Source: Raja brachyura (lineage: Eukaryota). From it: a stretch of DNA of 64,000 nt. The position numbers and the translations under genes are program-made. Within the stretch, counting starts at the first letter, position 1, and every line of letters starts with the position of its first letter. Below, piece by piece: positions 25,871 through 38,260 of this stretch. Where the stretch lies: contig OY740796.1 in assembly GCA_963514005.1 (NCBI GenBank), forward strand, positions 35,712,001 to 35,776,000, read 5' to 3'. The notes under the pieces were generated by a model that made no database searches, had not been told where the DNA came from, and saw nothing but the letters and a program-made list of their open reading frames with translations.

Positions 25871-26641
25871 CCCCTTTGTTTCCCTGGAATGAACAGGGTG
25901 GGCGACATTGCCTGGCTGCAGCTCCCCAGCAACGACGGTAATTGCACAAACCCCCCTGGCATCTGGTGGAACTGAAGGCCAATTTGGCTGGTTTGAACGC
26001 CAGCGACCTCTGCTGGCGTTGGGTGGAACTGCAGGCGGGCCCTGCTGCAAAGACATGCCTGGACTTGAATAGCGGCCGGATTTTGCCGCAAATGCCGCCT
26101 GGGAGCAGTGGAGACGCGGTCGATAGCGGCCCCGATGGTCAGCACTTCCAGGTTTTGCTGGCGAGACATCCGCAGCTTGTCGGCCTGCTCGCCCAGTGCC
26201 TGCATGTTAGTAAAGGGGTCCCTGGCGAGCTGCAGGTGGATGTCGGGCAGCAGCTGCTGCAGGTAGGTGAATTTAATTAGCAAACAGGGTTCATGGTCCC
26301 CCATTAGGGTGAGCATGTCCTCCAGGAGGGCAGACGGCCAGTGGTCATCCAGGCCGTCCATTTTGAGAATCTGAGCTTCCCGCTCCGTCACCAAGGCCAA
26401 ACTTCCTGATAATGAATTCCTGAAGGCCCCTATATTTGTTAAGTACCGGGGGGGCTCTGAGGAAAGGCTTAACTCGCCACGCAGTTGCTTGGTCGAGCGC
26501 GCTGACCACATAATAATATTTTGTTTCGTCTGCTGTAATACCTCTCACAGCAAATTGTGCCTCCGCCTGCTGGAACCAGACGTCAGGCTCTTCGGTCCAC
26601 AGAGTAGGGAGCTTAAGCACATCGGCATTATTATCCATCAC
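25858..26641 (-). pseudogene. gag: Gypsy gag, frameshifted, with CHCC-type Cys-His box
   Basis: KLPTLWTEEPDVWFQQAEAQFAVRGITADETKYYYVVSALD N-terminus; C-terminal LCNYRRCWGAAARQCRPPC followed by GGGAAAC. Confidence 0.88.
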
Positions 26642-26655
26642 GATGCGTGGTGAAT

Positions 26656-26669
26656 GTCGAGGGTCACCA
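26656..26669 (-). promoter_or_regulatory. Primer binding site, tRNA-Trp type
   Basis: Minus strand TGGTGACCCTCGAC, 1 nt from the 5' LTR; resembles TGGTGACCCCGAC. Confidence 0.85.
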
Positions 26670-26670
26670 G

Positions 26671-26863
26671 TGTAGCGGCCTAGACAAGGTCAGGAAAAGG
26701 CCGGACGCTAGGTAGGTTTAAACAGTAGTCCTTTAATCCCTACAGCGAGAGCACACCACACCAACTATCAGCACACACCCAGGGGTGGTCAGGAAACCCC
26801 GTGGCAGACCAATCGGCGAGGGGGATGATCCAAGGAGTGGCCTACCCCCCAGGGATTGCCACA
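26671..26863 (-). repeat. 5' LTR (193 bp)
   Basis: Direct repeat of 22594-22803. Confidence 0.95.
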
Positions 26864-26867
26864 ATCT

Positions 26868-26955
26868 TCTCCTTAGATGCTGCCTGACCCCCTGAGTTAC
26901 TCCAGCACTTTGTGTCTATCTTCGGTATAAACCAACATCTGTAGTTCCTTCCCAC
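26868..26955 (+). mobile_element. Penelope-like terminal repeat, right half (left half at 22561-22593)
   Basis: tctgcagaagggtcctgacccaaaacatcatct | LTR element | tctccttagatgctgcctgaccccctgagttactccagcactttgtg. Confidence 0.8.
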
Positions 26956-28649
26956 ACATATGGTAATGGATTTATGGAAGAAAAGAGTCACATACATTCA
27001 AGGATAAGAAGCTGAAGAGGCTCGATTGGCATGGTAAGAATAGACAATTTGATGATAAGAAGATTGATTAGTAAAGAATTAAAAATGTATCAACATCTAA
27101 TGATACTCGCGTGAAGATTGGTAAGAAATTCAGTGAAGTCCACAAAAGCACTAACTCCAACTACACAAAATTGGAATGATGAAGAGGTCTGTGTGATCGA
27201 AGTGGAGTGAATTCCATAATTGGTCACAATCCTGAATAGGAAAACATTATTAAGTCCAGAGATTGATAACATGCCAACAACACTAGGTGCACTTGTGAGT
27301 TACTCAAAAATAAAATCATATCAATACTCACATGACCGATTCTCCGGAATAAGTGATGGCTTCAAGGAGTAATGCCAGGTAGGAGGCAGCATAAACTGCA
27401 TCGGATGAGCTCTTATAGACCTGATAATTACATATTCTGGGCCAGTCTCTCAACAGCACAACTGACACTATTTAAAAAGGTTGACCTTTACAGAAGGTTT
27501 GCATTCATATTTTAGATGCAATCTGCCTTGAAACGTATCAGATGTCTGATGCAATACTTCAATTCCACTGCACATTTTTATATCACCATACTTAGGCCTT
27601 TGTGTTTTAAGTTCTGCAGATTGGCAGAGAACAAGCGTCTTCCAAATCTGTGGAGCAGGTTATAGCATAAGGATTATGTTGAAGTCTGTGCATAGAGAGA
27701 AAAAATGGGATCCTTGTTGTTCTTCGTCTTGTATATGGCATCCACAGCTTAAAGTTGTAGGTCAACGTGTTCTACTTGTTTGTGCATGTCGGGTTGATTG
27801 CATTAGTCGAAATAAGGTGGACTTATGAAGGTTGCAATCTCCCACCATGGATTCTTGTTGAATATATTGAAAGGACACATCAAAATGCTGTAACATTTGC
27901 AATTAAACTCCATCAGTTGGTTCCAAGCCAGAATCTGTCATTTTGGATGACCATGACTCTGCAGTACACATTTTTTTGATAACTACACGTAGCAACTGTA
28001 TTCCTATTAGGGTTGTAATAAGCATACATCTTGCCAACCACTCTACTGTTGACCATGTGCTTAGATAATAGCCAGCAAAGGTATTATTTACGTTGACGTT
28101 AAAGAGAAAAATATCACTGGGTACAAAGGTTTCAGTTCACTGAGTGGCTGGTGCCATTGAACTTAAGGGTATTCAGAGTAATAAGAGGTGACACTCCCAT
28201 TAATGTAGCCATTCACAAATCACTACAATAACGCACCTTAACAATCCTAAGCTACAAATAAACTACTTATTATTCATATCACACAAAAAACTAACAAACT
28301 TACTAATGTATTGTCAAGATAATCATTTTTAAATTGTTAATCAATTTTATTGATTAAATAAAGCAAAATTAATTGTAACTTTCAATATTATTTTACAATA
28401 TAATATCTTGGCTGATACAACAGAGAAATATCATGGTTCAGCTGTTCTGCTAAAGACATAATCCATTCAACCAACATCTTTTCTGACAGTCCTGATTGAG
28501 ATATAGATCCCAAGCACCAATTGAAAAAAAGACCAATGATTGGCAATTGAGCCACTGTACATCTATTTTTATTTTTAAGTTGCTCCTAATAAATGTTTTA
28601 CACAGATTTTGAAGAGTTACACTCAAATCCTTGTTATGTCACACCCATT

Positions 28650-29420
28650 AGGTATGGTTGTTGGGAGGTTGAATGTAAGGGGAAAGTAGATAGTTAATGG
28701 CAAGCCCTTTAACACTATTGATGTACAGAGGGACCTTGCAGTCCAAGTCCAGAGCTTCTTGAAAGTGGCAACGCAAGTATATAGAGTGGTAAATAAGGTG
28801 TATTGTATGATTGCCTTCATTGGTTGAGGCATTGAGTATAAGCATCAGAAAGATAGTTGTAGCTTTATTGAAATTGTGTTTGGTTGCATATGGAGTATAG
28901 TGTGCAGTTCTGGTCACCCCACGACAGGAAGGATGTGTAGGTTTTGGCGATGAGGCAAAAGAGGCTTACCGGAATGTGCATGGATAAGAGGGAGGTTAGC
29001 TGGAAGGGGTGGTTAACACACTTGGATTGTTAACTCTCGAATGTCGGAGGATGAGGGGAGACCGGATAGATGTATATAAAATGCCGAGAAACATAGCTCA
29101 GGTAGACAGTCAAAACCTTTCCAGGTTCATTAAATGTCAAAGACTAGAAGGCATATCTTGAAGATGAAAGGGGGAAAAGTTAAAAGATTTGTTCAGGGCA
29201 AGTTTTTCCTTACACAGGGACTGATGATGCATGAAATGTTATCAGGGTAGGTGGTGCAGCCAAATAAAATAGTGACATTTAAGATTATTTCAGATAGGCA
29301 CATAGATATGAAGGGGATAGAGGGATGGGGAGCACATGCAGACCTCTATCTCCTCTAAGTTTAACTTGATATCACGTTTGACATGGTCATCACAGGTCAA
29401 AGGGCTTGTTTGTGTGTACT
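28650..29420 (+). mobile_element. CR1 LINE ORF2 3' region, degenerate
   Basis: cagagggaccttgcagtccaagtcc...ttgagtataag...gagtatagtgtgcagttctggtcacc...tttcagataggcacatagat. Confidence 0.8.
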
Positions 29421-30769
29421 TTCGGCTGTAGTTACACCACACCTAAATAAGCATGTAATCCCAAGGCATTGCATACAATGACCATAATGATGGTGATCAT
29501 CGTCCCCTGCACTACAATATTCAGTGTAGAAATGCTGCAATCTGAGCTGGTGATCACTGTGAAAGATCAGCAAATGAAATTGACTTTATAAAATAATATC
29601 CGGGGGGAGCTGTTTAATTCACATGAAGTCTTGACATGCTGTGTGATTTGCTGCAATTTTACATTAAAAGAAATAAGGCTGCAAATCACAAACTACTTTT
29701 CCTTCGTGTTGATTATTGTATTATGCACTAATGGAAATGGAGAAATTACGTCCATGCTTGGATGTGTCTGGTCCAATTTCCCAACAGGTATGTCTTAACC
29801 AGGAGTGAGCGTAATACTTCAAAAGTTGTGCAAAATGATTGTTGGAAGCAACTTAAACATGAAAAACTTCTAGTTGGCCCAATTGCCAGTCAGTGGACTT
29901 TTCCAATAGGTCCTTGGGATCCCCACCTCAATTAGAAATGTCAGAGAAAATATTGGTGGAATTTCCAGTAAATGGCTATTGTCTTTGGCAGAACATTTGA
30001 ATCATGGTTTGCTCTGTTGCACTAGCCAAGATATTATTTCGTAAAATAATATTTAAAGTTACCATTAATTTTGCCAAATTTTGTTGGAACACTACATTTT
30101 TAACACCAGCCAAAGTCTAGTATCTCCCCTAGTCCTGGTGCCTCCCTCAATAGTAATGATCCCAAATTCTCCACTTTAGGGTCTCCACATATTTTCCCCT
30201 AACTGTTCATATATCCTCATATTTGCTTCCAGTTATAGCCAAATGACAAAAAAAACCACATATTTGTATAGCACTAGTCATCCCAGGGCTCGCCACAGCT
30301 GTGTTATTACACAGGAGATGTTAATGCAAATGATCAAAAACTGGGTCAAAACGATCAAAATGGGTTTAAAGACATGAGGAAAGAAGTGGAACATTTAGTG
30401 AGGAAATGCCAGAGCTTAATGCCTTGGCAGGTGCAGTGAATGATTCGATGATGATTTACTTTGGACATCAGCATTTGAACAGGGCACATATTTTGGCATG
30501 GCTTAGGCATAGGGGAGATTTTGAAACTCAGACCTTGAACAAAATGGAAACAAGCTTGAAAGTTTTTTAATTGAGATGAGATTTAACCAGGAATCCAAGA
30601 TTTAGCAAAACCTGGGGATGTTGGCAGACACAGGGTTAATAAGCAGATCTTCATGTAAATTAATACAATTTTGGGGAGTGTCATCCCAACCACTAACTAG
30701 GTTAAGGTTATTTTGAATAGCGATGTCTGGACTGAGTGAGAAGATACAGCATTTTGTATCTATCTTTAG

Positions 30770-31095
30770 TAAAATGATGCCTGGATTAGAGAGTATTAGC
30801 TGCAAGGAGAGGTTGGACGGATTGTTTTCTCCAGAATGCTGGAGGTTGCGGGAGACCTGAAAAAAATTTTGAGATGAATAGATCGGGTGGACAGTTGAAT
30901 CCTTTTTCCCAGGATGGTAATATATCAAATAGTAGAGGGCACAGATATGAGAGGCAAAGGTGATGTGCGAGGGAAGTCTTTCACACAGAGGATGGTAGAT
31001 GCCTGCAACATTATTCCAGGATGATGGTGGAAGTAGATATGATCATGGCCAAAGGATCAGTTCCAGTGCTGCACTGTTCTTTGTTTTGTTCTATT
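30770..31095 (+). mobile_element. CR1 LINE 3' fragment
   Basis: gatgcctggattagagagtattagctgcaaggagaggttggac...ggaggttgcgggagacctga...ttcacacagaggatggtag. Confidence 0.7.
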
Positions 31096-32397
31096 ATAGT
31101 ATAAATACCAAAGGATTTAACAAGGTATTTGGATTATTCAATTCTAGAGGTAACAATGGCATGGATGAGGGTTCCAGCAACTGTTAAACTGAAGCAGAGT
31201 AGAGTCTTTATTTGTTGTAAATGTGGAAAGAGCAACATTTAATGATTGTGCTGATATTTGGTCAGACCTTATCTCAGAATCAAAAACGACCAAGGTTGCG
31301 AACTGACTTATTCAGTGAGTTGCCAGGGAGTGGGATGAAACAAAAAAATGATTGGGGAGATGTTCTCAAGGAGAGTGACTTTGTCCCTCTCAAGATTGTA
31401 TTGTGCCAATAATGAATGAAAAATCTGATTTGTCTCTCTATTTTCTTCGCCCGTCAGTATTCTGAAACCAATCATTAATCAATAACACACGTCCATATGG
31501 TAATACATTGTTACTCTGGTAAGAGCGAGCAACAGACCACATGATAGAGAAAATGCACAATAAGTGAGAGAAAGAAGATACATCGCTGTCAGAAGAAGGA
31601 TGTAGCATTTTTGGTTTTCGGTGTTACCACGGGGGATTAAGTATGTACGTTCCAAATGGAATACTTTACTTATAAACAGTGTATCCTCGGGCTCACCTTC
31701 TGAAATTAAGTTGCATACAAACAAGTGAGAATAGGGTCTGTGGGTAAAAGCATAAATGTCTAAAATTATGGTTTTATAATCCAATGACTGGCAGCCATAC
31801 CTTGAGGACATTTTCGTGATGTGCAAGTACAGAGAAAATTGCCTCTCAATTTAATTATAGTCATACTGCATTAATGTTTATATGCAATAATCCTGCCAAA
31901 GACATCAATTTCCTGGCTATCAAGGGCATCCTGGAGATAAGATTTCGATAAATATAGCAAGCAATAAAAGTCATAAAAGGTTAATATTTTACATCATCTT
32001 TGGCACAATGTTCCCTCTAGCCAAGCTTAAAGTAAATCCCTCAATACAGAACTATCTATTGAAAATCACCATACTCATTTGCAGTTTAATATAATTTCAT
32101 TTCAGCAGTTCTTCATTATGGGTTTGTTTTACATCAGAAATAATGACACAAAGTACATTTTCTGCCACTAGATGTCACTGAAACTCATCAACAAATGTGA
32201 TTGGGAGTCTTACCTAAAAATAATTGTTTATATTGAAGAAAGACTCCATCAAGGCATTAATCCTTTTGAAGCTATCCTTCTGGTGTTCTTAATGTTCGCA
32301 ACCCAGAGTCCATTTTCATATTAGATGCTCCATTTCATGTAACTCACCCATTGCTTTGTTTCATCACTTTATCATTGACTGAATAAATCAACTGCTT

Positions 32398-32548
32398 TCA
32401 TAGAAACATAGAAAATAGGTGCAGGAGGAGGCCATTCGGCCCTTCGAGCCAGCACCACCATTCAATGTGATCATGGCTGATTGTTCGCTATCAATAACCC
32501 GTGCCTGCCTTCTCCCCATATCCCTTGACTCCACTAGCCCCTAGAGCT
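32398..32548 (-). mobile_element. CR1 3' terminus with (TTTCTATG)n tail
   Basis: catagaaacatagaaaataggtgcaggaggaggccattcggcccttcgagccagcacc. Confidence 0.85.
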
Positions 32549-33225
32549 CAGCATTTTCAGTAAGGGGACAGACAGACGTGATAACGAGGACCAGATTACA
32601 GCCCCTTGAATTTGCCCTGCTGTTCAATAAGATCATGGTTGATCTGATCTTGGTCAAAGATCCACTCCCCTGCAGGTGATGTGCACCCATCAACTCCACT
32701 ACAGCAACCATTTTGAATGAAGTTCTTGAAACTGCATAATTCAGCTTCACGACTGCCAATAAAGCTTGCAAGGAGCCAACTGGTATAAACACCAAGCTAT
32801 GCTATGTCAAACAACAACACCTCTATCAGGTTTTATAACACTTTTTACTGCTCCTTTACCCAGCACAGGAAATTAATTGAAAAATAAAAGGTATATTTTA
32901 ATTTAAAGATAAATTTACCATTGATTCATAATGTTACTTACAAATCTAGGCTGCAGCAAAAAGACAAAAGTGGGCAAAAGTTAATGGCCAAGACAATGGG
33001 GAAGTTCTGATGAGTCCTTGACCTGAAATATTAACTTTCTTAATCTTTCCACAGATACTGCTTGGCCTTTCGAATGTTTCCAAAGATTGGTTTTCATTGA
33101 GGAGCTTGTTTTAATATAGAGTCATAGTCATAGAATGATACAGAGTTGAAACAGGTTCTTCGTCCCAAGTTGCCCATACCGGCCAAAATGTCCCAGCTAC
33201 GCTAGTCCCACCTGCCTGTGCTTGG

Positions 33226-34496
33226 TCCAAATCCACAAGTGGTAAATTAAATTGATTGCACAATTGATGTGGAAAGGCACACACCTGTCTATATAAAGTC
33301 CCACAGTAGACAGTGCATGTCAGAGTAAAACCCAAGCCATGAAGACGAAGGAATTGTCTGTAGACCTCCGAGATAGGATTGTGTCGAGGCACAGACCTGG
33401 GGAAGCGTATAAAACAATTTCTGCAGCGTTGCAGGTCCTGAAATGCACAGTGGCCTCCGTTATTCTTAAATGGAAGAGCTTTGAAACCACCAGAACTCTT
33501 CATAGAGCTGGTTGCCCGGCCAAACTGAGTAATCGGGGGAGAAGGGCCTTGATCAGGAAAGTGACCAAGAACCCAATGGTCACTCTGATAGTGCTCCAGA
33601 GATCCTCTGTGGAGATGAGAGAAACTTCCAGAAGGACAACTATATCTGCAGCACTCCACCAATCAGGCCTTTATGGTAGAGTGGCCAGACGGAGGTCAGC
33701 CCTCAGTAAAAAGGCACATCTGATGAAACCAAGATTGAACTCTTTGGCCTGAATGCCAAGTGTCACATCAGGAGGAAACCAGGCATCGCTCATCACCTGG
33801 CCAATGCCCTACCTATGGTGAAGCATGGTGGTGGCAGCATCATGCTGTGGGATTGTTTTTCAGTGGCAGGAACTGGGAGACTAGTCAGGATCGAGGGAAA
33901 GATGAATGGAGCAAAGTACAGAGAGATACTTGATGAAAACCTGCTGCAGAGCATTCTGGACCTCGGACTGGGGCAGAGGTTCACCTTTCAACAGGACAAT
34001 GACTCTAAGCACACATTCAAGACAACGCAGGAGTGGCTTTGTGACAAGTCTGTGAATGTCCTTGAGTGGCCCAGCCTGAGCCAGGACTTGAACCCGATCG
34101 AATATCTCAGGAGGGACCTGAAAACAGCTGTTCATCGACGCTCCCCATCCAAGCTGACAGAGCTTGAGAGGATCTGCAGAGAAGAATGAGAGAAACTACC
34201 CAAATACAGGTGTGCCAAGCTTGATACCCAAGAAGACTTGAGGCTGTAATCGTGCCAAAGGTGCCTCAACAAAGTACTGAGTAAGGGGTCTGAATACTTA
34301 TGTAAATGTGATATTTCAGTTATTTATTTTTAATTACTTTTCAAATTTTTCTAAACACCTGTTTTCGCTTTTTTATTATGGGGTATTGTGTATAGATTGA
34401 TGATTTAAAAAATGAACAATCCATTTTCGTGTAAGGCTACAATGTAACAAAATGTGGAAAAAATGAAGGGGTCTGAATACTTTTTGAATGCACTTG
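33226..34496 (+). mobile_element. Tc1/mariner DNA transposon (IR/DR type), left end truncated
   Basis: Right terminal repeat with direct repeats ggggtctgaatactt at ~34285 and ~34468, ending ...gaatgcac; transposase remnant inside. Confidence 0.92.
33339..34189 (+). pseudogene. Tc1 transposase (DD34E), internal deletion, frameshifts and premature stop
   Basis: MKTKELSVDLRDRIVSRH paired-like HTH; out-of-frame SDETKIELFG (first D); VKHGGGSIMLW; QQDND...DLNPIE with 34 residues between D and E. Confidence 0.93.
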
Positions 34497-34499
34497 TTA

Positions 34500-35065
34500 A
34501 ACATCCCAAAATTCAACACCTCACACATCTGTATTAAATTCCATTAACCATTCCTCAGCCCACCTGGCCAATCGATCCAGATCCTGCTGCAATATTTCAC
34601 AACCATCATCACTATCTGCAAAACCACCAACTTTTGCATCATCAGCATACTTTTTAATCCTGCCCTGTATGGTTTCATCCAAATCATTGATGTAGATGAC
34701 AAACAGTAATGGGCCCAGCACTGAACCCCGAGGCACACCACTAGTCACAGGCCTCCAGTCCGAGAAGCTTCCACCATCACCCTCTGCTTCCTTCCATGAA
34801 GCCAATTTGCTATCCATTCAGCTATCTCTCCTTGGATCCCATGTAATCTAACCTTCTAGAGCAGCCTACCATGGGGAACCTTGTGGAATGCTTTACTGAA
34901 ATCCACGCATACAATATCTACGGCTCTTCCCTCATCAACCTTTTTTTTTCATCTTCAAAAAACTCAATCAGATTTGTGAGACACGATCTCCCATGTACAA
35001 AACCATGCTGACTATCCCTAATCAGCAGTTGCCCATCCAAATGCCTGTAAAACCTATCCCTCAGA
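34500..35065 (-). mobile_element. CR1 LINE RT fragment
   Basis: ORF 34521-34817: WRPVTSGVPRGSVLGPLLFVIYINDLD...KYADDAK. Confidence 0.9.
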
Positions 35066-35158
35066 AATAAAATGGCTGAGATTTAGCACCATACATCAAC
35101 AATGATGGACTAAATGCTATCCATATTGTAAGCTGCTCACAATATTCTTTACATAGAA

Positions 35159-35253
35159 GGTTACACAAAAAGCTGGAGAAACTCAGCGGGTGCAGCAGCA
35201 TCTAAGGAGCGAAGGAGATAGGCGACGTTTCGGGTCGAGACCCTTCTTCCGAC
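35159..35253 (-). mobile_element. Penelope-like terminal repeat, young subfamily, hammerhead with CTGA>CGGA change
   Basis: Nearly identical to the palindrome arm at 56976-57068. Confidence 0.85.
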
Positions 35254-35720
35254 ATAGAAACTGTGGAACGGACTCTTCTGATATTGGTTAGTATTAAGCA
35301 TGGGATTTATCCCTCAAATGTGATATAATCAAGGTGCTCAAACAACCAATCAAATTGAGAAATTCTTACAGAGCACAAATAAGCGAGTTCGGTATTCCAA
35401 AAAACACAAGGAATCATGGGATTTGTCAAAGGTCATTCGTGATAAAGAAAGCGAACGCAGCGCTGTATAAACTGTGTATAAATTGTTAACTTTGAATTAA
35501 TCTAGAACCAATAAATTAATCTAGAATTCTGTCAACTCAATAGCTCCCTTTCTTGTTTTGCTGTTCACACACTGGTTACACAATCCCAATTCTAGTTCAG
35601 TTCATTAATCTGCAATTATGAGATATTCAAAAAGTTAAAGAATTTATTATTTTCATTTAATCCTTAATGTATTGGCTACTGGAATGAGAAAATATTACTT
35701 GTGTTTGAAACATTTTCTTA

Positions 35721-36138
35721 TCTTATTTATATTCCTAAAAGTCTGATCTTGACAACTTCCTGTTGTTCTGTATATTGATTTTAGGAAAAATGCTGCCACT
35801 TACTGCTCTGATTTTTGGCCATCTTACTTGGAGTCCCCCTCCACTGCGCAGGTCAAGAGGATTTTTGCCATCGATTAATTTTTGCCGTGAGTGAGCTGCC
35901 AGCACAACAGGCTTGAGTGACTGAGCCGCCAGTCCAAGAATCCATTTGGCCTACAATGTCCATACTAGCCCTCTGGAAACCAGTCCCTTCAGCCCACAAC
36001 ACCCATACCAGCGCTCCAGAAAGCCCCCCTTCCCCCGACTGCCCACCAATATTGGAATTGGTGGAGCGGTGGAATATTGCGCTGCGGGACCAGCCCTCCC
36101 ATGTGATGCTGGGATCCACCGGGTCCCACTTAATCTAG
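35721..36138 (+). mobile_element. Non-autonomous Helitron
   Basis: A|TC start (tcttatttatattcctaaaa); 3' hairpin tgggatcc-acc-gggtccca 6 nt before CTAG|T; no TSD. Confidence 0.8.
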
Positions 36139-38062
36139 TTCACATTATATATGTAAAAATATATTTAATCTGAGGCAGGCATAGACTATATCAGTGTGAT
36201 GTGCGCTGATGCTTTACCTACAGACGATGTGAATGTACCATTAAGGCTGGGGTCAGCGGGCCGGATCCAGCCCGTAACCCGAAATCACCCGGCTCGCTTC
36301 AATGATATGATGTATTAGAGAGTCATGAAGGTTAAGAGTGTTTACTTGTCATATGTATCAACAATGGTACAATGCAATTCATGCCTGCAGCAGCTTAACA
36401 GGCCTGCAAACACAATACACACAGATGCAATGCGCACATTTTAAATATTATTATTTGAAAATCAATTACATTTTGGAATATTGATCCAAAGATATTACGA
36501 TCCACACAGATGAAGTTAGCATTTTAAAGTCAGAGATATGGTTCACCATAATAACAGCGTAGCATGCCATTCAAAATGCACTTCCACCCCATGCAACAAA
36601 CTCAGTATTTTTACAGCCTTTTCACTGCGACTGGTTCGTGAGGTTCTTGCCAGATTATTGATTTCTGAAGGTTATGTTAGAAAGAACTGCAGAGCAATGC
36701 AGCACGGCAAGGAATTGAGAATCATTAACTCCATTTTATAGATTTCCATGTTTAACTGTGCTTGTGTACCACAGAAGGTACTGTAGAATTATGGCAAACC
36801 GTAACTGTTTTATCATCATTGCAAGTACGAAATCTGGGCCAATATCCCATTTGAGAATTTTAATGCACATTGACATCTGTTATCACTAAGATGATGCTTC
36901 TACCTGAGCCAGGGGAGACTCTGTTGAGAAATTATTGCTCGATTGGTGGATAAGGGTAGCCAATGATACCGGCGCCCATATTGGCGAGAGGGGAAGGTGT
37001 TAAGAGGGACAGGTGCCTATTCTGCAATAACTAGCCTACTCATAAATAACAGAACAAAACATAGAACAATAATGCCAGTGTGTAATATTGAAATACTGAA
37101 ATACAAATGTGTAAGAAGTTAATTGTAAAGCTAGTGCTTGACTCTACAACACTAGGACTTGAAACATTTCTGCACCAGCTACACAATTGGGATCCAGGAT
37201 TCTAAATCATCACACCCTTATAAACAATTCATACATGTAGAACAAACCCCATCAGATATTTTCAATTACAAATCTTTGTTATTCTGGAGAGCTGATGCCA
37301 AGTTCTGTTCAGAACAGTTATTTGCCATTAAATACTTAACATCCGGCTCTTAAAAGCCGACGGTTATATTTCTGCAATTATAAAAACCATTATGCTTGAA
37401 ATTATGTTGTGCAGCGTTGGTTTGAAACCTGTATGAAATTAATTTTAGCAATGTTTAACCTATTTACTTTAAATGAAAAAATGCCTTAATTAAAACAAAA
37501 AACTAAATTGGACTACAGTAACCAATCATATACCTACATTGTAAAGCTTAAATTCAAGTTCACTGTGTTTATTTTACAGACTAACATCAGCCTTACAGTT
37601 CAGAGGTTCGAACAACAGAAGAATATAGTAATATTTTTTAATAAAAGGGGTCCACAGTTGATCCCATTTGGGAATGCTCGGATTTATGGAACATTATGGA
37701 GCATCCTATTCTGCAACCCTCCCTCACTATCCCCGCCTCTGCCTCAATATTTACATAAAACAAATTGGTTAACTATTTGAGAATATGCAAGTTTAATTGT
37801 TAATGATCCTGATAATTCAAATATATACTATTTTGGGGATTGATTCGCACTTAAATGTAGCATATGATCAGTAAGATGATTAATTGATTATGTTAATGTA
37901 TATAGCTCTTTAATAAAGAATATTTAACATTTAAATTCACTGACTGACAATAAGTTGCTCATGTATTGTTACAAAAAGTAGACTTGCATATATTGGATGC
38001 CTTTCAAAACCATTAAGTACTTTTTGAAGAGTGTCCATTGGAGTAATATAGGATCAGGGTTA

Positions 38063-38260
38063 TTAGCGTGGATTTTCTCTGAGATCTTCGGTTTCCTCCA
38101 ACGCTCCAAAGACGTACAGATTTGTAGGATAATTGGCTTGCTATAAATGTAAATGGTCCCTAGTGTGTGTAGGATAGTGTTAGTTTGCGGCTATCACTGG
38201 TCGGCATGGACTCGGTGGGCCGCAGGGCCTGTTTCCACGCTGTATCTCCAAACCAAACAC
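38063..38260 (+). mobile_element. V-SINE-like element, 3' half
   Basis: gcgtggattttctctgagatcttcggtttcc...ggactcggtgggccgcagggcctgtttccacgctgtatctccaaaccaaac. Confidence 0.85.

Larger units (their letters stand above)
22594..26863 (-). mobile_element. Ty3/Gypsy LTR retrotransposon, CsRn1-like clade, structurally complete but frameshifted
   Basis: LTRs 26671-26863 (5') and 22594-22803 (3'), both TG...CA; 4-bp TSD ATCT at 22590-22593 and 26864-26867; PBS TGGTGACCCTCGAC (tRNA-Trp type); G-run PPT next to 22804. Confidence 0.96.

Noticed and set aside
22708-26280. Plus-strand ORFs inside the Gypsy element as antisense genes
   Set aside because: Shadow ORFs of GC-rich gag-pol sequence with no motifs of their own.
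29642-29690. 10-bp inverted repeat tgtgatttgc/gcaaatcaca as a structured RNA or conserved enhancer
   Set aside because: Too short to distinguish from chance without conservation data.
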